From: Octopus sinensis
Taxonomy: Eukaryota
Length of the DNA stretch: 64,000 nt
Assembly: GCF_006345805.1 (NCBI RefSeq)
Contig: NC_043003.1
Span: forward strand, 6,448,001-6,512,000
Reading direction: 5' to 3'
In this document: positions 26,901-39,962 of the stretch, piece after piece
Layout of the letters: every line of letters begins with the position of its first letter
Numbering within the stretch: the first letter of the stretch is position 1
Program-made: the position numbers and the translations under genes
The notes under the pieces: model-generated
Databases searched by the model: none
Seen by the model: only the letters and a program-made list of their open reading frames with translations
Told to the model about the DNA's origin: nothing

Positions 26901-28268
26901 TATATGTAAATAGAACAAGAAATGCACTTAAGTACGAACACACATTTATGCATGGGAAAATATCTATAAATATATATATATATATATATATACACGCGCA
27001 CACAAACACTACGGTAGGGCAATAGCAGGGTGACAAGAGCTGTTTGTTTTGGTGGATTATTTTGGGGTTTACCAGAATTCCTCTGTCCCCCTCTCACTCT
27101 CTCTCTTCCTTAACCCTTCTCTATTCTTTCCCCTTTTCTACCTCTCCCTCTATTTCTCTAATTCTCTCTGGTCCTTATTTTTCCACTCAAATTTTCTGTT
27201 TCTCCTTCTGTCATTCCCCCACACCCCACTTCGCTCGCTCTCCCATTATTATTATTATCATCCTATCACCCACCACACTTTCTAATACAGACCCCTACAT
27301 TATCCCTACATCCTCACAGCCCCCGGCCCCGGCTCAACCACCTTCTACCTCCCTTGTCCATTCCCGCGCCAATCACCCCCTTCCCGTCGATGTCCCGCCA
27401 CATTTGAATGCGCCAACACGTGTTCGAGAGGAAGTCGGTGGGGGGGAGCGAGAGAAAAGAACGTTGAAGAGTTGTTACTCGACTTACTAGAAATAGCAGC
27501 ATATTGCTATCAAATCATAAAACACAAAACAGACTTATAAGAAGGTGTCACTAAATAATGTACTCCTAGATATATTGTGACTGATTAAAACACCCGATGG
27601 GCCTGCAATTCCCAGCCATCACTGCTAATAGTCTAAACTGGCCCGGGACAAAACGATAACACATGTTTGCATGTGTTATATATATAACGATAGTGTCAGC
27701 CTGTTCCTAGTAAAAGTTTAATAAATATCTTCTCCCTCAAGCACTGAGTAATTTTTGCAGTTTAATATCAAATTGTTTATATATAACTTGACATAAAAGC
27801 AACGAACGTATGTGATTGAAGGGAGAAGGGAAATATATAGCCAAAGCTCGTGTCAACGGAATGTGCTTGTGTGTGTGTATGTATATACATCAATATATGT
27901 ATGTAAGCGTACCGAGACTGGCGTGTATATATACATATATATATAATTCAATTTGAAAACTCCACTAGAATGGACGAAAGCACTAATATATGATTTATGA
28001 TGTATAAAAACATGTAATATACAAATAAATATCTGTAAATATAAAACCATCCGAATTTCTGAGTACCTCATTTCTTCTAATATAAAATACCTGTACATCA
28101 TCTCCAAACCTTCAAATATATATATATATATACACACAGCATATTTATGTATACATGATATATGCATTCAAAGACATTTAAAATACATATACATATATTA
28201 CCATTAAATGTACGTATATATTAATTTACGAATGAATGAGTGAACAGGGCAGCGTGAACACTGTGTGT

Positions 28269-28303
<35 letters not shown>

Positions 28304-28929
28304 GTGTGTGAGTGTGTGTATACATGCAGAACAGTCTGAAGGCATCGGTTACAATGGACATTTATTTGTCCGGGGGCCTCCTCCGGTCTAGGGACCCAAT
28401 GCAAATCTACGTACGCTGTAGTTCAGCCGGGGGTCAGTAGTGCTGTTGGGGGCAAACCCCGTATGTAAGGACCAATACTTTCATCTGGTGTCGAAAAACT
28501 TAAGTACCAGTTATAAACTGTCATAAGTACTCTTCTATTATTGACAATGGGCGCCTGGCCAACTGTATGCATGCGTGTGTATATATATATATATATTATA
28601 TATATATTGAGAGAGGGAGAGATGTATAAATATATATGCACACACACAATCATGTAATTAAAATGCGAAATGTAATTGCATATACAATCTTACCTTATGT
28701 CCTGTGTGTATATCTATATACAGTAGTTCTCCCGTTATTTACGTATGTGTAATCATACATGTGTTTGTGCGTAAATATATATATACTTAAATATATATAC
28801 ACAAATATATTATAAGATGTATATATGTGTGTATATATAGAGAGGGTTTTTTTGCCGCTATGTTACGTTGGAGCTGGTGGACATGGTGAAGTCTTGGTTA
28901 CAATTAAAGAAAGATACTGTTTCACTGTC

Positions 28930-29605
28930 ACAACAACAACAACAGACGAGAAGCTGTTTCTCTTCTCTTTCGCCCTCCCCCCCAACACCGCCGCCGCCAC
29001 CACCACCACCGCTACAGCAACAACAACATCGCACCACTTCCACCTCTACAACCACACTCCCACTACCACTTCAACACCACCACCACCGCCGCCGTCACCA
29101 TCTCACCATGCTACCATACTCCCTCCCCTTCACCGTCGTCACTGACTTGGCCTAATAACATCACCACCACCACCACCACCACCGCCGCCACCGCCATCAC
29201 CATCATCAAAAACTCATCGGCAACGCCGCCCTAACCATCAACGGTTGCTCCATCTTCATCGTCTTCATCTCTCCATCATGTTCACCACCGTCTTCACTTC
29301 CGCCACCGCTTCTGCCGCCGCGACATGAAATAACACAGAACAACATTCCCCCTCTCCCCTCAGTGGTCAAAGCTGGAGTGTCTTTGATCATAGGTCTTTT
29401 AGGTTATTGCCGACCTAGGGTTAAACAGCAAGCACCACAAGCCCATCATCATCGCCATCTCACTACCTGCTAGAAATAATAGCTAAATCTTCCTCAAGTC
29501 ATCCACTTATGTTCTGAAGTGATGATGGCGCTAATGATGGTGATGTTGATATGATGATGATGATGATGATACTGTTGATGCCGCGACTGACTGATGCCGT
29601 CTCCT

Positions 29606-29641
<36 letters not shown>

Positions 29642-30050
29642 CTCTCTTACTCTCTCTCCTCATTCTCTCACTTAACTTTCCTCTCTCCGCCCCTTTCAAT
29701 CTCCCACTCCTTTCTTCACATAACCACTCTCCCTCCTCCTCTCTACTCATCTCTCACTTACCTCTACCCTCTCTCGTACTTACATCACCACTCTCACTCT
29801 CAGCCTTTACTCTCTCTTCCTCCACTTTCTACCTCTCTCTCTCCTCATATCACTTCTCCCCTCTTTCCACTTCTCTCTCTCATATCACTTCTCCCCGCTT
29901 TCTCTCTCCTAATCCCTTTCTGACTCTCCCTCTCCCTTCTCGTTCACTCCTCTTACTTCTCCCACAAATCTCTTTACCGCCCTTCTCTATCTCTTACTCT
30001 ATTTACGCCCTCTCTCTCGCTCTCTCTCTCTCATCCTTCCCTTTCTAATC
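28930..30050. repeat. (CCA)n/(ACA)n and CT-rich low-complexity tract
   Basis: Direct inspection; source of spurious poly-Pro/Thr and Leu/Ser ORFs. Confidence 0.85.
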
Positions 30051-30216
30051 CTCTCTTTCATTCCAGATTTCTTGTTATTCAATATTTTGTATTTGTTGTT
30101 GTTATTGTTGTTGTGTGTGTATGTGTGCGTGTCTGAATACACACACACACACAGAAAACAAGAGAGAAAGAGACATCGATTACATTATCTTCACATACAG
30201 TCAGGCACTCGGCGTT

Positions 30217-30258
<42 letters not shown>

Positions 30259-30759
30259 CATACACATATAGAAACTCGTGCGCTCACACACACACACACA
30301 TACTCTCTAACTCATACACTGACTTATGCACAAAACCATTACACACTCTGTAAACATTGATAGATTTCGCATTTTCGAGGGAAGGGGTCGTGCGTACGTG
30401 TGTGTGTGTGTGTGTGTGTATTTCCTCCAGTACCGACACAAGTTTTAAATAGAAGGTCTTAAGACGTGGTTGTGTTATCAAGAGGTTCACTTTAACGTGT
30501 GGAACAGAGTTCGGTCCCGCCGCGCGGCAACCCGGCCAAGTGGTTTCCATTGGGGCTGATTCTATAACCCCATTACAAATCCTTGGTTCTTTTTACTTAG
30601 ATTAGCACAATCGTTAGAGAGAGAGGATTAAAATACCATTCGCCGTATCGAGTTCTAATTCTACCGAGATCAACTTTACCAGTTATCTCTCCGGGTTAAA
30701 AAAAAAACATAAAATATCTGTCGTGTACTGAGGTCGAGTAAGTGTGTGTGTAAGAAATG

Positions 30760-31160
30760 AATATCATTGTGTGTATGTGTGTTTGTATGTATGTATGTAT
30801 GTATGTATGTATGTATGTATGTATATATGTATGTTTGTATGTATGTGTTTGTATGTTTGTATGTATGTATGTATGTATGTATGCACAGTTGTGTGTATGT
30901 ATGTATATGTGTATGTATGTATGTTTGGATATATGAATGTGTGTATGTATGTTTGCATGTATGTAGTATGTATGTATGTATGTAAATATGTATGTTTGTA
31001 GTATGTATGTGTGTATGTATGTATGTATGTATGTGTGTATGTATGCACAGTTGTGTGTATGTATGTTTGTATGTATGTATGTATGTACGTTTGTATGTAT
31101 GTATGTTTGTACAATTGTGTGTATATATGTTTGTATAGTTGTGTGTATGTATATATGTGT
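30760..31160 (+). repeat. degenerate (TATG)n microsatellite
   Basis: Direct inspection; similar tracts at 40440-40785, 56050-56140 and 61035-61145. Confidence 0.95.
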
Positions 31161-31399
31161 GTAAGGCGACGCGCCGGTAGAACCGTTAGTACCGCGGGCA
31201 AAATGCTTAGCGACCTTTCGTCTGTCTTTATGTTCTGAGTTCAAATTCCATCGAAGTCCACTTTGCCTTTCCTCCTTTCGGGATCGATGAAATAAATACC
31301 AGTTGTGTATTGGGGTCGATGTAATCGACTCTCACCTCTCCCTCGAACTTTTCGTGCCAAAATTTGAAAGCATTTGAAAGTATGTAGTTTTAGCTTTAC

Positions 31400-31870
31400 G
31401 TTGCATGTTGCGAATGCTCTGGAATGCATGGTCAGTGAAGTTTCTGGGGTCTCAGGGGTTTGGGGGTGGGGGGTCCTTCGACGTGTGACCCCCTGACTCA
31501 GTCGAGGTTGATCAAGTCCCGGCATGCATCCCAATAGCAACAAACCACAAGTTTGTCCCCTTTATCCCAAACCACCGAGTTGCTTTCTCTGCTTTTTCAG
31601 TGATGGAGTTTATAGCCCTCCTCTTTGCTCTTGTTATTTGCCTGGGGCCATTTGATCCTCTGGACTACTCTGCATGGAGTCGAAGGTACAGCCACATGAA
31701 GGGATTCTTCACTGTGGGGTGGGGGAGGGAATCCTGGCCATTCTCCTTCTTCGTCTTACCGGGACGTCTTCCTGTGTTTTGCGCCTGATTTTCGTTCTGC
31801 AAGTATTTCATTCTGGTCTGATGGATTTTTAGGCCCTGCACGTTTCTTAAATTCTCCATCACCGATGCAT
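31400..31870 (-). mobile_element. REL-endonuclease type (HERO/NeSL-like) LINE 3' fragment
   Basis: Minus strand encodes ITRAKRRAINSITEKAEKATRWFGIK, resembling the ...RRAI..I..AAEKASRWLWIKR C-terminus of HERO-like elements, followed by a GGACTTGATCAACC 3' UTR-like segment. Family assignment is from memory. Confidence 0.5.
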
Positions 31871-32194
31871 TCTGTGTTCTTTATCCTTTTGTTTTCTCTT
31901 CATTCGAATGATTCCAAGTTCACGAGTCCGTCCTGTTTTCCGTGTTTTCTTTTGTTGTCCTCTTGTACCGCATTTTATTTATTTATTTAAACAGGGCGTG
32001 AGAAATATTTCAGTGTATATTTCGTAATTTTATAAAAACATCTCTAAACTAGCAAAAAATTTAATAAAAATCTGTGCATTTGTTCTCGATAAGATTTCTT
32101 AAAAGTGTTTCTATGAATCTGCTTTTATCTTCGATGGCTGTTTCGATTCCGGGTGGGAATCAATCTGATTTATATATCAATCTGATTTCATTTC

Positions 32195-32629
32195 GGATCT
32201 TTTCGGTTTGACCGGTAGTTTTTAAAAATAATTTCCACGTAACTAAACACTTTTAAACTTCGTATACTGGTAGAATGTGTTTATAAAACATCTTTTTCTC
32301 TTGGCTTTATTGAGAAAATTCTATAGTTTGTAAGATATTTGTTGTTGTTTTTTCTTCAATTTCTGCAATTTCAACCAATCAATGACGTCTGTTGAGGTGA
32401 AAACATTCTGTGCCGTATGAATATGTCCCTCGTTTAAGAAACAGATTGGGTTTATTTACATTTCTGAAGAAAAAAAGATACCCTTACCCCACCCCTAACC
32501 CTAACCCTAACTCTAACCCTAACCCTAAAACAGACTGAAATGCAATAGATCGATACTAGGGTCATAATTATGGGTGACAATTTCATATGACACCGCTAGA
32601 AAAAACTTCCGGTCAAACCGAAAAAATCC
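32195..32629 (-). mobile_element. GG-terminated MITE (Merlin-like) with expanded (CCCTAA)n
   Basis: Reverse-complement copy of the 15257 family; six CCCTAA-type units at 32493-32528; TSD degenerate (6/8). Confidence 0.85.
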
Positions 32630-32957
32630 TTAATTCCTGCCAACACTGACTTCAAGTGTGTAATTACAGCCAATAACTCGGGATCCTTTCATTGAGTCTG
32701 GTCGCAGTTCATTTATTTTTGTTTAGCATCCGGTGGCCATCTTAGAGGTGCCCTGTGTCAAAAAAATATCATTCGTAGCGGGCTTTCTCTCAACATCGTT
32801 CACACGCGCCTGACTCAGGCTCAAAACGCTCAGGAATAGAAAAAGTCTTTTACGTTTCGAGCCTACGCTCTTCTACAGAAAAGGACACAGAAAAAGCAAG
32901 GAGAGAAACAAAGAGAGAAAAAAATGTGTGTAGTAGCTAACGATCTATCATATAATC

Positions 32958-33352
32958 AAAATAAGCAACAGGATATCAAGAAGTGATGCAGTACGACCGT
33001 TTCAAGCGACTCCATTTCATTGAACAATGCAATCATCACATCAATTTAAATGCAGGGCTATCATCAGCTGCACAAATAAACAGAATTTTAACAAGTTGGA
33101 CACATTAATACGATTTTACTCAAATACTTTAACAGAACAAGAAGATGGAAGAAATTCATGCTGTCACTATTGTAGCTAAGAATATACTACACTTCCAAGA
33201 AAGGCATGAAGCTTATTGGGGTCATAGCTTGTAAAGGATTGTGATTCTTCATTTCTAATTTATTCGTCTTTTTTATCAACTACTAAATCTAAGACTGGAG
33301 TCGCTTGAAACGGCTGTACGGCATTACTACTGGACATCCTGTTCCTTATTTT
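32958..33352. mobile_element. small element with ~55-bp terminal inverted repeats
   Basis: AAATAAGCAACAGGATATCAAGAAGTGATGCAGTACGACCGTTTCAAGCGACTCCA versus its reverse complement at 33296-33352; core 29/33 identical. Confidence 0.6.
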
Positions 33353-33689
33353 AATTCTATTCACCTTATTTCGAGCTGTGCATATAATACCTGACTGACC
33401 CGGTACTTCAATTTAAGTACCTAATTCAACTGAATCTCAATTATATATACATATATATATATACATTTTTTTTTTCAACATGTGATCTCTTGAGCACCAC
33501 CAGCAAAAATATTTTTTCCTCTGTCTTCCCTTCTTGGGATCTTTCCTTCTCCTTGTTTCCGACGAAGAGTCCGCTCGAAACGTTAAACCCTCCTTCCCTT
33601 CTTTCCTGAGCGTCAATAATACTTAATTGTTCCACGTCCTCGAGTTGCTGTGTTTTTTTCTCTTTTTTTCTGTGTTTTCTTGTTTGGAT

Positions 33690-33786
<97 letters not shown>

Positions 33787-33840
33787 AGACACAGACACAT
33801 ACATACATATAGATAGCTAGATAGATAGATAGATAGATAT

Positions 33841-33903
<63 letters not shown>

Positions 33904-33915
33904 TATTGATATATA

Positions 33916-33976
<61 letters not shown>

Positions 33977-34020
33977 ATATATATACATATATATATAATA
34001 TATATATAAAATATATATAA
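33690..34020 (+). repeat. (TA)n and (GATA)n microsatellites
   Basis: Direct inspection. Confidence 0.95.
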
Positions 34021-34024
34021 TATA

Positions 34025-34265
34025 CTAGCAGTATCGCCCGGCGTTGCTCGGGTTTGTTTCGACCCGCTGGAATATGGGTTTTTTGAAAAGTAAAAATTTT
34101 GCATTATGTAGCTTGTTATTCTCTTCAAGTGAACATTTTTCTGGTTGAAATACACCGAAAAGTGGCGACACAGCAGTGAAAAAATCGTAAAAAGTAGGGA
34201 TTTTCATAGAAAAAAGCACTATTTTGATGTAAATAATTTTTGGTGTTAACATGGTCCGATTTGAA
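34025..34265 (-). mobile_element. Helitron 3'-end fragment
   Basis: Minus strand ends CCCGAGCAACGCCGGGCGATACTGCTAG, the same 3' terminus as family H1. Confidence 0.7.
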
Positions 34266-34269
34266 TTTT

Positions 34270-34560
34270 ATCTTCTATTGCCGTAATTTCTGGAGACGAA
34301 TAAGAAAAAGTATGAAATTCGAGAAAAGCAAGGATTTTTGTTTGTAGAATTGACAGCGTTTGGTTGAAGAGAAGTTGAGTGTCAAGAAGGTTTTATATTT
34401 TGGTGGAACTGCGTGAAGAATTCATGAAAGAAATGTTGTGCGGCTGATTCGTACAAGCCTTCCAGTGTTGGAGGTAATGCGCCTGGCCATTCGAGAAGGA
34501 TCTTCTGATAACATTTCACAGACGTTTCTTTTATCTTGGACATTGCACCAAAAACGAATC
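34270..34560 (-). mobile_element. possible Tc1/IS630-like transposase relic
   Basis: Minus-strand EDPSRMARRITSNTG..ISRTT...ILH resembles the HTH region of Tc1-like transposases; contains stops. Confidence 0.3.
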
Positions 34561-34640
34561 AAATAATTTCTTTGATTCAGACAAAACAACACTATCATTC
34601 TTTGAAAACGGTTTCTAATTTATCACTGAGGATATTCAGG

Positions 34641-34699
<59 letters not shown>

Positions 34700-35163
34700 A
34701 CGTGTATGCATGCACAAAAGTGTTTGTGTATGAGTATGTGTAAGTATATGTATATCATATATATGCATGTGTGTGTGTCTCTGTGTATGTGTGTGTGTGA
34801 GTATGTGTGTATATATGTAAATGTACGAATGTATGGACTGCATGTATGTATGTGTGAGTATATGTGTGTATATAGTATATATATATATATATATATACAT
34901 GTGTATATATGCACACACACAGACACGCACGCACGCACTCACACAAAGACACACTGACGCCTTGTGGCAATGTGTCTCATGAAACTGGTTTCAATTCTCG
35001 ACTGTTTTGTCCGTCGGTTCAAGCGGGGTTGTTGTTGTTGTTTTGCTGTAGATCAGCCATGACCCAACAAAATTATGATCAAAGTCAATCCAGCTGTGAC
35101 CATCTCATCTTTTAGAAAAATGTAGAGTTACATTAACCAAGCTTTTCTCTCCTTATTCAACTG

Positions 35164-35602
35164 GGATCTTTTCATTTTGACCGGCAGATTTTTTTAATAA
35201 TTTCTTTGTAACTAAACACTTTTAAACTTCGTATACTGGTAGAATGTGTTACATAAAACATCTTTTTCTCTTGGCTTTCTTGAGAAAATTCTGTAGTTTG
35301 TAAGCTATTTGTTGTTTAATTTCTTGCGTTTCGGCAATTTCAACCAATCGATGACGTCTATTGAGGTGAATACAATTTCTGCGGTTGTTTGTATTCACCT
35401 CAATAGACGTCATTGATTGGTTGAAATTGCCGAAATGCAAGAAATTAAACAACAAACTACATACAAACTACAGAATTTTCTCAAGAATGCCAAGAGAAAA
35501 AGAAATCTTTTATGTGACACATTCTACCAGTATACGAAGTTTAAAAGTGTTTAGTTACAAAGAAATTATTTTAAAAATCTGCCGGTCAAAGCGAAAAGAT
35601 CC
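35164..35602. mobile_element. foldback derivative of the GG-terminated MITE
   Basis: Both halves are the right-hand end of the MITE in inverted orientation (~215-bp arms). TSD TTCAACTG / TTAAACTG. Confidence 0.85.
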
Positions 35603-36015
35603 TTAAACTGTATATTTCGAGGGAAATTTGGCTGCTATTTCAAGTAGGTCTGTTGACCATGTTAGACGATCCTTTATTAACACCGATTTCATTGTAGATG
35701 TAAAGGTGGGGTTTGTCACGGTTCTCTCTTCTCACCTTTCCTTTTTACGTTATTCCTTGAAACTATCTCACAAACATTCATCGCTGCGAAGTTGTTTTTT
35801 TTTATCTTTTGCTTGTTTCAGTCATTGGACAGCGGCCATGCTGGAGCACTGCCTTAAAAGGTTTAGTCGAACAATCAACCCCACAAGCTCACGTTTTTGT
35901 AAGTTTGGCACTTATATTCTTGACATCTTTTGCCGAACCGCAAAATGAGGGAGACGTGAGCAGAGCGGTAGGTGGAGACAAACAAAAATACAAACACACA
36001 CCGCACAATTATATG

Positions 36016-36067
<52 letters not shown>

Positions 36068-36704
36068 ATGATATATCTATACAATGCCCCATGGTTTCTC
36101 CCGTCGAAAGGCAACGTATGAGGGTGATTGAGCAACTTTTTACAAAACAACTACACAAATAATTTCTTTATGGTGATCAAAAGTTTGTGTTCACATAAGC
36201 TCGCTCCCTCCGTCAAACTGACATTTACCTGTACAGGTGCAACTGGGTGACACATGTCAGATGACGAAATGATCGCAGAACAAAGTGAAACGTGGTGTTT
36301 TGCTCAAGGAAAAAGCAACGTAGCTCCCGATCTGGGAATTGAACTCACGGTCTCTCAATCGTGAGTGCAACGCCCTAACCACTAAGCTATGCACCTTCAC
36401 ATAAATGTAAATATTTCCATATTCCTACTTCACTCACAAGACACTGTTCGGCCCAGAGCTATTGTAGAAGACGCTTACCCATGGAGCCGCAAAGTAAGAA
36501 TGAACCTGAGACCGCGTAGTTTGAAAAGCTAGCTCCTTAACCACACAGTCTTACAGAAAATGTTCCAGGCTTGAAGAATGTTTTAGAATTTAAACAAAAT
36601 TTCTTTCAGGCCAATATGATAGAGATAGATATAGTTCCAAGTTTGGAAGAGAAAAGAGCAAATGCCAGCGCCATCTGGGAAATGGCTTGATTGAATACCT
36701 TTTT

Positions 36705-37100
36705 CTTAACTGGCCACAAGGGGCTAAACATAGAGGGGACAAACAAGGACAGACAAACGGATTAAGTCGATTACATTGACCCCAGTGCGAAACTGGTACT
36801 TAATTTATTGACCCCGAAAGGATGAAAGGCAAAGTCGACCTCGGCGGAATTTGAACTCGGAACGTAACGGCAGACGAAATACCTATTTCTTTACTACCCA
36901 CAAGGGGCTAAACACAGAGAGGACAAACAAGGACACACAAACGGATTAAGTCGATTATATCGATCCCAGTGTGTAACTGGTACTTCATTTATCTACCCCG
37001 AAAAGATGAAAGGCAAAGTCGACCTCGGCGGAATTTGAACTCAGACGAAATACGTCTAAGCATTTCGCCCGCCGTGCTAACGTGTCTGCCAGCTCGCCGC
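36705..37100 (-). mobile_element. SINE family A dimer
   Basis: Junction AAAGAAATAGG-TATTTCGTCTGCCG on the minus strand. Confidence 0.9.
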
Positions 37101-37724
37101 CTTATTATTCTTATAATTATTATTATTATTTTTTTTTTTTTGCAATGGTTTGATTGAATATGCAAGACGGGGTTGTTAGAAACACAGAAGACGTGTTGTC
37201 AGAACAAGAAAGGGATACAGACGGAATAGAGAGGGATCTGTGGTCGACTGAGAAGCTAGAGTTTAGATGTACCAAAATAGTTAGAAAAAGAGGAACCATG
37301 GAAAGGAGGTTGGGCGGGGGGTGGGGTTAAGTATTCAGAGGGCTAATGAGATAGAGGTGATAATTCTTGTTACCTAGGTGATCCAATTAGCAATGAGAGG
37401 TGACTATGGAGAATAATGTGCGCTGTCAGATAAGGAAGGTGCGGAAGATGTTGAGGAAGTTATTAATTCTGTTCATCTGAAAGGGATGTGATTGTATGAG
37501 GGGGTAGTGTGATATGGGGGGGCCGGGGGTATATACATGGTATTTAGAGATATGGGTAGAGGTGTGGGTAGAGGGGGTATTGACTGTGGTGGGTTTGTGG
37601 GGGTGGGTGAGAGAGAAATGAGAGGATGAGTATAGTCTGGTGGGTGTATAATGCTAGGTGATGTATAGAGTGTATTGAGTGTGAAGGGTCTGTGGAAGCT
37701 GCAGAGAAATGATGAAGAATGCGT

Positions 37725-38019
37725 TTTGTGTGTGTGTGTTGTGTGTGTGTGTGTGTGTGTGTTTGTGTGGTGTGTGTGTATGTGTGTAAGTGTGTGTGTG
37801 TGTGTGCGTGTGTTGTGTGTGTGTGTGTGTTGTGTGTGTGTGTGTTGTGTGTGTGTGTGTATGTGTGTGTATGTGTGTGTGTGTGCGTGTGTTGTGTGTG
37901 TGTATGTGTGTGTTGTGTGTGTGTTGTGTGTGTGTGTGCGTGTGTGTGTGTGTATGTGTGTGTGTGTATGTGTATGTGTGTGTATGTGTGTGTGTGTGTG
38001 TGTGTGGTGTGTATTGTGT

Positions 38020-38060
<41 letters not shown>

Positions 38061-38075
38061 TGTGTGTGTGTGTTT
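37725..38075 (+). repeat. long interrupted (TG)n microsatellite
   Basis: Direct inspection. Confidence 0.95.
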
Positions 38076-38274
38076 ACACGAGGGTAAGTCAAATCATACT
38101 CTTGTTTCTTTAATTTATCAAAACAAAAGCAGGTGTTGAGTAATTGCATTAGTTTTCGACACAGTTTTTCTTGCTATTTTTTTTGTTGCCCTTCTTGCAA
38201 CAGTCCACAAGTTTTGCTTATTCCACCCAAGAAGGTTTTCAGCTGATCGTGCACTTATTTATAGATCGCTTCGA

Positions 38275-38868
38275 GGCGGCGAGTTGGCAGAACCGTTAGC
38301 ACGCCGGGCGAAATGTGTAGCCGTATTTCGTCTGCCGTTACGTTCTGAGTTCAAATTCCGCCGAGGTCAACTTTGCCTTTCGTCATTTCGGGGTCGATAA
38401 AATAAGTACCAGTTACGCACTGAGGTCGATATACTCGACTTGATCCGTTTGTCTTTCCTTGTTTGCCCCTTCTGTGTTTAGCCCCTTGTGGGGCAGTAAA
38501 GAAATAGGTATTTCGTCTGCCGTTACGTTCTGAGTTCAAATTCCGCCGAGGTCGACTTTGCCTTTCATCCTTTCGGGGTCGATAAATTAAGTACCAGTTA
38601 CGCACTGAGGTCGATATACTCGACTTGATCCGTTTGTCTTTCCTTGTTTGCCCCTTCTGTGTTTAGCCCCTTGTGGGGCAGTAAAGAAATAGGTATTTCG
38701 TCTGCCGTTACGTTCTGAGTTCAAATTCCGCCGACTTTACCGGTCATCCTTTCGGAGTCGATAAATTAAGTACCAGTCACGCACTGGGGTCGATGTAATC
38801 GACTTAATCCGTTTCTCTGTCCTTGTTTGTCCCCTCTATGTTTAGCCCCTTGTGGGTAATAAAGAAAC
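38275..38868 (+). mobile_element. SINE family A trimer inserted in the mariner
   Basis: Units start at 38323, 38508 and 38693 (period 185). TSD ATTTATAGATCGCTTC / ATTTGTATATCGCTTC (14/16). Confidence 0.9.
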
Positions 38869-39730
38869 ATATTTGTATATCGCTTCCTGTGCTCCTTCGT
38901 CCTGGACAAATCGATGACCTCGTAAAGGATCCCTTTAGCATTTAAACCGGTCATATCCGGCCAAAAGTATTCTGCCTGTTTTATGGTCAAACTGGCCAGA
39001 TCTGGTCTCTCACACCAACCCTACAATATCATCTTAAAAATTAACAGCTACCTCATCAAAATCTCATAGCTACAAGATAATGCATGATAAGTTCAAAACA
39101 ATGTGGATGAAAAGGGATTAATTTTGGCAGAATAATGCGAACACTAAAGGGTTGCGGACCAAAGAGATGATAACTGGAAAGGGCGAGATCTGAACGGTAT
39201 GAAGATGTTCCATTGACTCGAAACCCAATTTTTCAATGGTTTCAACGATGTCAGTGGCTGTATGTGAGCATGCATTGTTGTGCTACAGTAACACCTGCTT
39301 TAACAATGGACCTGGTATCAGTTTGTTGGCCAGCATTTCACTGCAGTCTACACTGGTAAATGTAGACCCAATTTCCAGGTAACGTTCCAGTATAGACCTT
39401 TTCGTCCCCCCACAAAAACAAAAACAAAAAAAATGGTTAATATAACTTTTCCTGCTGAAGGTTGAGTCTTGCATTTCTTTTTCGCAAGCGATTCTGGGTG
39501 CTTCCACTCCATACTCTACCTCTTGGATTCTGTCTCAAAGCGATGTATCCAGGTCTCGTCTTCTGTAACTATTCTCTCCAAAATAGCTTCGTCTTCATCG
39601 TTGAGGTGGTCAAGTAAGCATTGACAGATCTCCATACTTCGGTAAGCTCTCTTGGCCGCTTTTGCGGAAGCGATGCTTGTCGTGGATGATTTCGTTTTGC
39701 AGAACCATGAGTAATCTGCAGAAATATACC

Positions 39731-39962
39731 TATTTCTTTACTACCCACAAGGAGCTAAACACAGAGAGGACAAACAAGGACAGACACACGGATTAAGTCG
39801 ATTACATCGAACCCAGTGCGTAACTCGTACTTAATTTATCGACCCCGAAGGGATGAAAGACAAAGTCGACCTCGGCGGAATTTGAACTCAGAACGTAACG
39901 GCAGACGAAATACGGCTACGCATTTCGCCCGGCGTGCTAACGTTTCTGCCAGCTCGCCGCCT
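39731..39962 (-). mobile_element. SINE family A inserted in the mariner
   Basis: Perfect 16-bp TSD TCTGCAGAAATATACC at 39715-39730 and 39963-39978. Confidence 0.92.

Noticed and set aside
28825-30048. Poly-Pro/Thr ORFs and the Leu/Ser-rich signal-peptide-like ORF 29551-30048
   Set aside because: Derived from (CCA)n, (GAT)n and CT-rich low-complexity DNA; no domain motif or splice context.
30696-31244. Long ORFs rich in H/T/Y/I or M/Y/V/C (also 37544-38149, 40475-40786, 55307-55670, 8167-8571)
   Set aside because: Translations of stop-free microsatellites.
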